DNA from: Eledone cirrhosa
Lineage: Eukaryota
DNA length: 64,000 nt
Assembly (NCBI GenBank): GCA_964016885.1
Contig: OZ024747.1
Span: 43,462,001-43,526,000 of the forward strand
Direction: 5' to 3'
Part shown: piece by piece, positions 53,929-64,000 of the stretch
Numbering within the stretch: position 1 is the stretch's first letter
How the letters are laid out: each line of letters begins with the position of its first letter
The notes under the pieces: model-generated
Told to the model about the DNA's origin: nothing
Database searches by the model: none
What the model saw: the letters and a program-made list of their open reading frames with translations, nothing else
Made by a program: the position numbers and the translations under genes

Positions 53929-55025
53929 CATATATATATATATATACATACATATATATATATACATATATAAGTCTTCACATCTAATCTTCTTTGCTGA
54001 CATAAACATTTAAAGATTAAATCACTTCTATTACCCAATCCCCGTCACATTTTAGTTATCTAAAATTGACCCTATTATCTCTCTGTCTGCTGTCTTCATA
54101 TTTTTCTCATTTGATTCCAGTATTCATCATATCTTTAATCTGCTAGCTTTAAGCATTCCTCCAATATCACCTGAGGTTTTTATAACTAACCTACAGATCT
54201 ACTTCTTTTTTAATCATATGCTTATTATTTTTATTCATTTTACCCTCTTTTCTTTGTTTTATTATTTTTGTACCATCACCTTTATAGCTCTACCCCCATC
54301 ATCACACCTCCGCCATTAGACTTCCACCATCAGATCTTCACAGCCAAACCTCCACTATCTCACTTCCACCCGTGTGACTCCAGCGTCATGCCTTCACCAT
54401 CAGGCTTCTACCCCCTCACCCCAACCATTATACTATCACCATCACGCCTCTACCATTCTGTTTCTACCCTTACATCTCCCCTATCAAGCCTCTACAAGTG
54501 CTCCTCCACCAACATGTCTCCACTATCACACATTCACCATCACATCTCCACAGTTTGAGAGAAGAAATAAATCTATAATTTTCATTTATCCTTCCATTGA
54601 TAATGGCAAGAGTAAAATAATGGCATTCTGCTCAGTTTTCAGCTATAATAAGTAATTGTAGTGTAGTTTAGTCAATGGTAATCTCTAATGCTTGCCAAAC
54701 ACTAAAGACAGGAGTGAAAAATTGTATTTCACTCAGAGATTGAACAATTTAAAAAGCATTTTATAACTGATTTTACCGATTCTATCTGCAGCTTTTGATT
54801 TGTATTTCTGCCATTATAGTTTATTGAGTAGCACTTGGATGACCTGAAGCTTATATATTCTGGGTGTGTTACTAATACACCCCTTCTCTATCTCTCTCTT
54901 TCTCTTTCTCTCTCATTCTCTCTCTCTCTCTGCATATATGTATATATATATATAGCTTGGAAAAATGGACATGAAACAATGATGAGGATGATATTGATGA
55001 TGATGATGAGGATATATACACACAC

Positions 55026-55057
<32 letters not shown>

Positions 55058-55076
55058 ACATATATATATACATAAG

Positions 55077-55668
55077 TGAGAGAATATGCTCCAAAATCAT
55101 TAGATGTGTCCGTCGAACCTGCGGGTCCAGAATCAGACAGATCCACACAATGATCGTGTCTCCAGCTGTCCGCCGGGGAAACAATTGTAACACACACTAA
55201 ATTGAGTTCAGACGCATCACTGATTTTTCTGACCTCTGCCCGACCGACCCCATTTCACGCGCACGCGCGCTCTGCCGAATACCTCAGTTATTCAAAACAA
55301 CAAACAGCGGAGGACGCGTTTCGCACCTGTTCGACAGACAACCTTTTCCCCCACCCCGGAAAAAAACCCCAGTTGATGGATGTGAATCCGAAATATATAG
55401 GGACTATTAAACTCTCCCAAGGTAACTCTCTCTTGTGTTGTTATTTTTATTTTTATTTTATCCTTTATACTCTTCCCTTCATTCTTATACACATCTTACA
55501 CATCTTATACACACCACGCATCTCAACGTACACCCACTTACATCTCTCTCTCCACCACCGGATCTTGTTACCCGGAGATTTACCCATTTGCATTGTCGAG
55601 GCTTCCAAACGACTTAAAGATATTTACTTATTATTCCACAATGCTTCAAGCAAACTTCAATACTCTCA
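55077..55668. mobile_element. Possible solo LTR or other CpG-rich repeat element
   Basis: TG..CA termini with short inverted ends (tgagag / ctctca), CpG-rich, AATAAA on minus; no TSD seen. Confidence 0.35.
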
Positions 55669-55679
55669 TATATATACAT

Positions 55680-55730
<51 letters not shown>

Positions 55731-55749
55731 TACATACATACATACATAC

Positions 55750-56150
55750 ATGGTGGCTGCCAACTCGTTTTCGAGTACGGCCATTATTTTATATCCATGT
55801 AGGAGAACTCCTACCGATGCGCTGAACGAGTGTGACTTTTCAGTCCAGCCAGCGACTTGAAAACTCTGGTACAAACACTACACTTGTGACAATTATTGAC
55901 ACATAGTGCTGGGCCCATGGTACCATGTGACGACAAGTGCAGAGAGATCTCCAGATATAAAGCAATGCCTGTGCCGTGAAGCTTTTATAGTGAGCAAAGG
56001 CACTGCACAAAGCCAGTCCCACTCTCTTAACCAAGATGATATTTACCAAAAAGAAGAACAAGTCAACATCATTGGATACCATCAGGGTTGCAGGTGTTAT
56101 ATCAGAGTTTTCCTTCTCCTAGAATTCTGCCTTGACAAAGGCTAAGGGGT

Positions 56151-56151
<1 letters not shown>
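55750..56151 (-). mobile_element. Zinc-finger micro-ORF element (copy 3; ORF 55811..55918)
   Basis: Same peptide as copy 1; same 5' end as copy 2; flanked by (CATA)n. Confidence 0.85.
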
Positions 56152-56225
<74 letters not shown>

Positions 56226-56248
56226 AGAGAGAGAGAGAGAGAGAGAGA

Positions 56249-56566
56249 GGCACATGGCTAAGTAGTTAGAGCATTGGCCTTGCAATCAAAAGGCTGAGTT
56301 CAATTCTCAGACCGGGTGATGTGTTGTTTCCTTGAGCATGACACTTTATTTCACATTGCTCCAGTTTACTCAGCTGTAAAAATGAGATGATAGGGACTGG
56401 GGTCCATATCATTCCACTGCAAAGTGGTCGTGTAGGTGCCACGGAAAAACAAGCACCCAGCGCTCACTGTAAATGAGGTTGGTGTTAGGAAGGGCATCCA
56501 GCTGTAGAAATCAAGCCAGAATCAGTTCCCGTCCCACCCTTGCAAGCAGGGAAAAGTGAACGTAAA

Positions 56567-56600
<34 letters not shown>
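56249..56600 (+). mobile_element. CORE-like tRNA SINE (family 2) with RTE-A1 tail
   Basis: ggcacatggctaagtagttagagc..gagttcaattc..ccttgagcatgacacttta..cagctgtaaaaatgag, then the RTE 3' UTR and (GAT)n. Confidence 0.85.
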
Positions 56601-56601
<1 letters not shown>

Positions 56602-56697
56602 ATATATAATCCAACTCTTGCTAGCAGGGAAAGTGGAAATTAAACGATGATGATGATTATATATATATGTCTATGAATCTATCGATCTATCTATCTG

Positions 56698-56866
56698 TCA
56701 GCAGTATCGGTAGAGAGTCGGACCCCATGCTTTCCAGCATAGAGTTACATCCCTTTTCAAATCCTGCCGAGGTTAACTTTGCCTTTCATTCTTACAAGTT
56801 TGATAAAATAAAGTACCAGTAACGTACTGGGTAATTACTGGCCTTGTGCCAAAAGTAGAAACAATT
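56698..56866 (+). mobile_element. tRNA-derived SINE family 1
   Basis: Homology to 17458. Confidence 0.85.
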
Positions 56867-58307
56867 ATATATGTATTTATTTATTTATAAATCTATCTAG
56901 TTATCTCTTAATCATCATCATCATCGCTGTCATCATTTTGCATCTGCTTTCCATACTGGCCTAGCTTAAGGGTTATAGGACCATATCTCACCTGTACATT
57001 GGAGCATAATTTCTATGGCTGGATGATCTTCCTAATACCAGTCACTTTACAAGGTCTACTGGCTGCATTTTTTTTTTTGTAGCAGGCCTAGAGAGATTGT
57101 CATGTCTTCAACAACATTGAAGAGATCTTTTTCTAGATTATTTTGTCTCTGTTATGTCAAGGCAAATGCGACTGTATGGGAAAACAAGAGTATTAATGTT
57201 GAAAAGGGAGAGAGTATGAATATGAGTGTGAAGTGGAAAAAAAAACCAACAAAACAGATTGATATTCTAGTAGGAACAATAGTAGCTATCTACTAGTTGT
57301 TGGTAATGGGTTAAGTAGAAAACAGAATGAGCAATGTGATGGAACAGCAGTAGGGATATGTCATAGAAGGAGAGAGTGGGCGATGAATGGATAACAACAG
57401 AGAAATGTGATGGTAAATGAAGGTGATAGATATCTTCTAAGAGTCTCATGAGGAAGAGAGAATATATATTTATTTACTTTAGTTCTATGTGAAACAGATT
57501 TCATTGTACCTTGAAAATTTATTATGCCAATAAGAATGCACATACAGATTGTATTTTGCTACTTCATTAACTAATCTATTAATGATTAAGTAATTTGACA
57601 AGATTATCAGGAATATATTTTCACCAGACAATCTCTTGCAAATTCAAGCATAAACAATGTTGGCTTAGGCGGAGTCTTCAGTCTTGCTGAGAGTATGACA
57701 ACCTCTCTGGTGTGGGTGACACAAGAAAATTCAGCCAATACACTCTGTAAATTAGTTGTTTCCAGAAATGGCATCTTACTGTAGAAAACATTCCAAAAAT
57801 ATAATGTATAAGTAAAACATGGTCTTCCAATACATTTAAGAGAGCAATAACTCTGATTAAGAACTGACTTGAACATTGACAACCTGTTCAACCCATGCCG
57901 GTATGGAAAGCAAGCATAAAATGATGTTGATGATGATGATGATAATTCTGTGAAATTCTCAACTGAATTCTTTCTTGCAACCTATTTTAATGTTCTTCTC
58001 ATTCTTTGTTATGTGTATGTTACTAAATATTGTGTTGCCATGCACATGTGTGTGTCTTGCCATGTTACTGTGTGTAAATATGTTCATATTTATGATTTAG
58101 CAATGACTAGGTTTGTGACAACCAGTTCAACTCATGCTAGCATCATCAAATGATGATGATAATAACTGAGCTCTGCCATCGGGGTCTTGAACATTTTCTT
58201 ATTACCCACTCTACTACCCTAAGTATTGAGTACTCTGGTGCGTTATGGACCATCTGGTTCCTTACCACACTTCCTTCGTTATATATATATATATATATAT
58301 ATTTAAA

Positions 58308-58755
58308 TGTGGGGAGACCCAAGATGACCTGGGATGAGGTGATAAAAGCCGACCTTACCCAATTACACCTCTCAAAGGCAATGACACACGAGCGTGACTT
58401 CTGGCGTCACGCAGTAATACAGAGTACCCGACCTCCCATGGGTACAAGCTGAAGCATATAGACAATATGCCCCAACACGCCCCAATGCAAGGTGGTCGTG
58501 GAGGTGCCACGGCAAAAAAGCACCCAGCCCACACTGTAAAGTGGGCGTGTAGGCGCCACGAAAAAGTACCCAGCACTCACTGTAAATGAGGTTGGTGTTA
58601 GGAAGGGCATCCAGCTGTAGAAATCAAGCCAAATCAGTTCCTGTATGAGCAAGGCATGGTCAGCCGACCAGACACTGCCCACAACAGGACAACCTGTTTA
58701 ACCCATGCTAGCGTGGAAGAACGGATGTAAAACGGTGATGATGATGATGATGATG
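58308..58755 (+). mobile_element. RTE family A1 3' end
   Basis: VGRPKMTWDEVIKAD..RPPMGTS*, 3' UTR, (GAT)n. Confidence 0.9.
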
Positions 58756-58756
58756 A

Positions 58757-58935
58757 TAAAGGGTGACCACAAAAACACTCTGAGCTTGATTATTGTAGTG
58801 TCTATGATATCAACTAATACCACATGAAACTTTGTTAGTTTATGCAACTGTAGCCACCAATATTCTGAGAATATTCATTTCAGTTATCATATTATAAGTA
58901 TTTGAAATCAAGGAGTGTTTCTGTGATCACGCTGT
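58757..58935. mobile_element. Tc1/mariner-type MITE
   Basis: Imperfect TIRs aaagggtgaccacaaaaacactc / gagtgtttctgtgatcacgctgt. Confidence 0.6.
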
Positions 58936-58952
58936 GTGTATATATATATATA

Positions 58953-59350
58953 TATATTTGAAAAAAAAAGGAAAAGAATGACTTCACTTGTAGTGCTAAA
59001 TAATTTGATTTAATTTTATAATATAATATTATGAGTTGGTAGATCTAGTAAGTTCTTTGTTAACTTCGGTGGCAAGAATTTTAAAGATTCCTGATTAACT
59101 TTGTTGGAGAACTTTCTCGCATTCACCGGTGGCAGTTGTCCGATGAATGCAAGAAAGTTCTCCAACAAAGTTAATCAGGAATCTTTAAAATTCTCCCCAC
59201 CGAAGTTAACAAAGAACTTACTAGATCTACCAACTCATAATATTATATTATAAAATTAAATCAAATTATTTAGCACTACAAGTGAAGTCATTCTTTTCCT
59301 TTTTTTCAAATATACCTAACTGTACCAAGGATCTCACATTTTCCAATATA
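58953..59350. mobile_element. Foldback element: ~175-bp inverted arms, 10-nt loop, short unpaired extension, in (TA)n
   Basis: 58953-59129 versus 59140-59314 are reverse complements with few mismatches. Confidence 0.8.
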
Positions 59351-59404
59351 TATATATATATATAACTTTATATATATATAGATATAAATAAATATATATA
59401 TATA

Positions 59405-59592
59405 TGATCTCCACCATATTGTGAAGGTTCACAGGCAACCAGATGCAAGAACTGAGGCCAGGGAGAGCCATAGTTGTCATCAATGTGCGAAGGAGAGCAA
59501 GTCTCTAGCAGGCTTGAAAAGTCAGATCTGAGCATCACACATCTGAATCTGACAAGAGATTGCAATACTCTTAGCAGAGTTTGCAGCCCTCA
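59405..59592 (+). mobile_element. 3' end of a related RTE family with decayed C-terminal zinc finger
   Basis: Translates [23 protein letters not shown]; 3' tip atactc..gagtttgcagcc resembles that of the zinc-finger element. Confidence 0.6.
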
Positions 59593-59667
59593 TATATATA
59601 TATATATATATGTGTGTGTGTTATGTATTTCCGTAGAAATAAATCTTAATTTCATATCTTATATCCA

Positions 59668-60828
59668 TCTATATTATAAAGCTGATGGCCGTATGTATGT
59701 AACAAACTTTTCGCCAAACAGCTGGACCAAATTTACACCATAGATGTAACTTTTTCCAAGTAAGAAAGTGAGGGTATTTTTGTCTTCTAAATTTCGTTAA
59801 AAGATTAAAGATATTTTTATCGTTTATTTAAATATTCACTTCTTTAAAATTTTCAAATGTCAACACTTCCAGTTATACGACATTCCCCTCGCTTTCTTAG
59901 TCTGTCTTTTTAGATAGATACATAGCTATAACGTTGCACGCTTATAATATCTGTCTGTCTTCACGAACCAAAGTATCGTCTTCCTGTTTTCCTTCGGTTG
60001 CAACGTTTTTCGAAATATTTACTTTTGCGTTCACAGATTGATTTTTTTAGTTTCAGAAGATCCCATTAAGGGCGAAAGCAGCGATTCTTTGCTTAAACTT
60101 TAATCTGTTATTTTAATATATATATATATATAATTATATATTCGTGTACAGATATTTTTGCATACACAAAAATAAAATATAAACAAAGGTATTTATTTCA
60201 CGAAAGCTCAGATGGCTTATCGTCATTGTTACTGCCGATATGCCACCCAAAATGTTCCAGCCTGGCCGCAAGATTTGATTTTCCAGAAGAAAAAATGTTA
60301 CTAGAGCAACAGAGAGACTAAGCTTTGCGATTACCATCAACAAAGCTCAGGATCAAACCCTGAAAGTGGCTGGCCTTCATCTGGGAAAACCATGCTTCTC
60401 CCATAGTCAATTGTATGTAAGATGCTCTAGGGTGAGCTTGCCAAACAATCTCTTCATCTTTGCTCCCGAGGACTGAACAAAAAAATATTGTATATTCTGA
60501 GGCTCTAACAATGTAATTTATGTATTTTCTGTTACTTGGAATTTCCATTATGGTTGTACAAATTATTGTAAAGTTTGTTAAAAAATTTGTTCTCTGTTTA
60601 GCCTTTATTGTTGTAACTATCAATTTTTTTTAACGTATTGACTGCTGAACTGGGGAATCCTAAAAACTATTCAAACCCAACATCAGAGCACGTTAACCCC
60701 CCCCCCCCCCCTCGCTGACTTGAGAGGGTGTGCAGTATCTTTGTACTGGAGTGGCGGGGGGGGGGGGGATCCTGAAAAGATAAAATGCCGGTATATCTAG
60801 CCGGGCGCCAGCCGGACGGGCCAGCTAG
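59668..60828 (+). mobile_element. Internally deleted Helitron with Pif1-helicase C-terminal remnant (~60314-60515)
   Basis: A|TC 5' end (tctatattataaagctga); RLSFAITINKAQDQTL..CFSHSQLYVRCSRV..TKNIVYSEAL; GC-rich subterminal sequence followed by CTAG|T. Confidence 0.85.
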
Positions 60829-60837
60829 TAACATATA

Positions 60838-60911
60838 TATTCCATCTGATGAAGAAACTAGAAGTTTCTGTTAGAATCGTCTAACTTCATGAAACCTTGG
60901 GTAATGGAATA
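60838..60911 (+). ncRNA. Type I hammerhead motif with branched stem II
   Basis: tattccat CTGATGA [agaaact-aga-agtttct gttaga-atcg-tctaac ttcat] GAAA ccttggg TA atggaata; perfect 8-bp stem I, GUA triplet. Confidence 0.68.
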
Positions 60912-61553
60912 ATTATATTGTGTTGTTTATTAAATAAATAAATTAAAAATATATATATTTATATATATATATGTGCGTGTGTGTGTACCTTTTCCACCTT
61001 TCCAATTTTATATATAAGGCATGGGCTGACCTGAGACTATGGTAAATGACACTTGCACAAAATGCCATGCAGTGGGACCTAATGACTTAAGTGAACACCT
61101 TAACTATTCAGCAATGCTGTGTCCACCTGCTCCTATATGTATAGGTAAATATATACAAGACTATCAGAATGGAATATACCTTCAACCAATCAGCATGTCA
61201 TATGAATTGTAAAGACAATAATCAAATGAGAAATATTGAGAAATATGGTTAGTGGGTTAATGAATTCCAAGAGAAGATATTCTAGTAAGACTGAGTGTGG
61301 GCCTCTGAGAGAATGTAGAAATGTAGAAGTGGTGTAAAAGAAGCATGAGGTACTGAGTGCAGTTGTACGAAGCTCTGGGAGTCTTTGATTGACGAATAAT
61401 GTCTCAAGAGGATTAAGTAAATGGTGTTTAGCAACAATAGCTGCAATATTGAATAAGAAAGAGTGGTGATGGGAGGAATGGTTGGGTGGTTGAGGGGCGG
61501 GGGAGACTACTGGATGGGGAGATAGAAAGAGAGCTATGGCAGAGGTGTTGGAA

Positions 61554-61612
<59 letters not shown>

Positions 61613-62232
61613 AAGGTGGGAAGAAGAAGAAGAAGAAGAAGAAAAAAAAGAAGAAGAAGAACCACCCCTTCAACAACAACAACAGCTGCAACAACAACAA
61701 AAATGCAGAAGAATGAGACAATGAGACACAAAAGTAAACTGTGAAGAAATACTAAAAAAGAATTTTGAAAATGAAGAATCATAACCAAGCAGCTGTGAAT
61801 TCCTTTGGGAAATTATGATAAATGTGATATTGGAAATAACTTAAAGACTTTTTTTTCCTTGATCTTTCTCAGTCAGGAGAATCGAGCTGTGATTTCTTAC
61901 AAAACTTTCCAAAGACAAAAGCAAAAAAAAAAAAGGAATAAAAAAAGAACCCAAATATATTTTTTTTTAAATGGTGCATGTAAGAAATGTTTTGGTGAAA
62001 AAAATTAGGTTAGGTTTGGAATTAAAGAAATGAATAATTAATTTAAGTTAAATAAAAAACTGAATGACCATCTGTGAAGTCTGTGTATTTTTTTTATTTT
62101 TATTTAAGAATGAAAATACGGATTCTGTTCTACTTTATAACCTACAGTTAACCCTTTCATTGCAATATTTCTAACGAAAGACTCTGTCTATGACTTGCAA
62201 TTTATTTTTAAAATGATCAAGAATTTGAAGTG

Positions 62233-62406
62233 GCATTTAAACCAGCTGTATCCAGCCAGAATGTTTTCTCCCTTTTGAAACCAGCCTTAACCAGCACCTC
62301 ATACCAACATCACCAAAATCTCATAGATTCGTTATTATGTGAGATAAAGCCGTTACATTGAAAATACAATAGTATATATAGAGTAATGTAAATGCTAAAA
62401 AGTTAA
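62233..62406. mobile_element. piggyBac-type MITE (copy 3, inverted, degenerate)
   Basis: Reverse-complement homology to 2352-2570; ends taaatgctaaaaag-TTAA. Confidence 0.7.
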
Positions 62407-62530
62407 TCTGAAAAAGAAGACATTTTAAAACTGGTCTTTAAAAAAATCCACTAAAATTGGAGGTGCAATATGTTGTCAAGAATCTACCAACCTTAAACAA
62501 GATCTTTCAGTACATGGAGGCTTTCAAAAA

Positions 62531-62631
62531 GGGCGGTGGATTGGCAGTATCGGTAGAGGGTCGGACGCCATGCTTTCCAGCATAGTTACGTCCCTTTACG
62601 ATCTGAGTTCAAATCCCGCCGAGGTTGACTT
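62531..62631 (+). mobile_element. SINE family 1, 5' half
   Basis: gggcggtggattggcagtatcgg..gagttcaaatcccgccgaggttgact. Confidence 0.85.
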
Positions 62632-62904
62632 AGAAGCAGGGGTGTTATTCAATGGTTTGGAATCAAAAGGATTAATGACAAATATAGTGTAGAATTAGTA
62701 TTGTTGTTGTCTTTGTTGCAGTTGCTGCTGTTGTTGTTGTTGCTATTTTTGTTGTTGCTGCTGCTGTTGCTGTTGTTGTTACTGCTGCTGTTGCTGTTGT
62801 TGTTACTGCTGCTGTTGCTGTCATTATTGCTGCTGCTTTTGATGTTGTTGTCATTGTTGTTATTGTTATTGCTGTTATCTGGATATTGTTACTAGCATTA
62901 AATA

Positions 62905-63072
62905 ATTGTTTCTACTTTTGGCACAAGGCCAGCAATTACCCCAGTGTATTACTGGTACTTTATTTTATCGACCCCGTAAGGATGAAAGGCAAAGTTAACC
63001 TCAGACCGTAAAGAGACGTAACTATACTGGAAAGCATGGCGTCTGATTCTCTACCGAAACTGCCAATCCACC
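62905..63072 (-). mobile_element. SINE family 1 (internal deletion)
   Basis: Homology to 17458. Confidence 0.85.
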
Positions 63073-63151
63073 TTAGGCACAAAGTCAACAATTTGAGGGG
63101 AGGGGGAAGTCGATTAAATCGACCCATGATAATAATAATAATAATAATAAT

Positions 63152-64000
63152 ATCAGCAATGAAATATGTATGCAATTTGGTATTAGTAAGTGTGGAGTCC
63201 TTGTGATGAAGAGGGGTAAATTGAGCAGAAGTAACGGAATCCAGGTACCAACAGGTGAGATGATAAAGGAAATTGACACTGAAGAAGGATACAAGTATTT
63301 GGGTGTTCTGGAGGCTGATGACATCAAGAACAAAAAAATGAAGGAATTGATAAGAACTGAATACATTCGGAGAGTAAGGAGCGTATTAAAGTCACATCTG
63401 AACAGTAGGAATGCCATAAGTGCAGTAAATTCCCGAGCTGTGTCTATTATTAGGTACAGTGCGGGAATTCTGAGATGGAATGTTGCTGAACAAAAAGAAA
63501 TGGATAGGAAGACTAGGAAGCTATTGACTATCTACAACATGTTCCACAAGAGGAGTGATGTCGATAGACTCTACTTAAGGAGATCTGAAGGTGGAAGAGG
63601 TCTTATCAGCATAGAGGACTGTGTTCAGATAGGGAAAAACAACCTACACAAATACGTGACTGATAGTAAGGAGCCAATGCTCAGAACTGTACTGAAGGAG
63701 AGGACAATAGACCAGGGGATGTCCAAGGAGGAAATAACATCAAGGAGAAAGAGCAGCCTTCAGGAAAAATCCCTTCATAGTACCTTATTTGAGAAAACTG
63801 AATTCAGAGATCCGCAGACATGGAACTGGTTGAAAAGAGGAGACCTTAAAAAGGCTACAGAAGGAATGTTAATGGCTGCGCAAGAGCAGGCCCTCAAAAC
63901 GAAGTGGTTGAAACACCATATTTACAAGGAGGAGGCTAGCCCACTGTGCAGGATCTGCGGAGAGAGAGAGGAGACTGTGGCTCACATTGTATCCGAGTGT
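63152..64000 (+). mobile_element. 5'-truncated R4/Dong-type LINE (RT C-terminus to CCHC), runs off the window
   Basis: MQFGISKC..YKYLG..LYLRRSEGGRGL..TEGMLMAAQEQAL..CRICGEREETVAHIVSEC; starts at (TAA)n. Confidence 0.9.

Noticed and set aside
55310-55405. CGAAACGCGTC on minus and ttgatgg..gaaatatata on plus as hammerhead halves
   Set aside because: No matching CUGANGA core with a complementary stem I.

Overview
Repeat-dominated, AT-rich eukaryotic genomic DNA with very long (TA)n/(CATA)n/(CA)n/(GAT)n microsatellites. The repeat repertoire suggests an octopus or other coleoid cephalopod (inference, not verified). No host protein-coding gene can be supported, and nearly all ORF-track entries are microsatellite artefacts. 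Supported content: one full-length RTE-clade LINE with an intact APE+RT ORF and a 13-bp TSD (44494-47806); many 5'-truncated RTE, R4/Dong-type, Tx1/L1-type and CR1-type LINE fragments; two tRNA-derived SINE families; piggyBac- and Tc1/mariner-type MITEs; two non-autonomous Helitrons; and a 104-bp tandem array. Two signals stand out. First, type I hammerhead-ribozyme motifs of the Penelope/retrozyme kind are unusually dense: five have canonical cores, two have variant cores, and there are further degenerate candidates. Several lie in short non-coding elements within (TA)n tracts, and one foldback element carries a hammerhead on each strand. Second, a ~400-bp non-autonomous RTE-derived element is present three times, each copy keeping an intact 35-aa single-C2H2-zinc-finger micro-ORF in a strong Kozak context. 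All structures were read and paired by eye and coordinates of degenerate elements are approximate.
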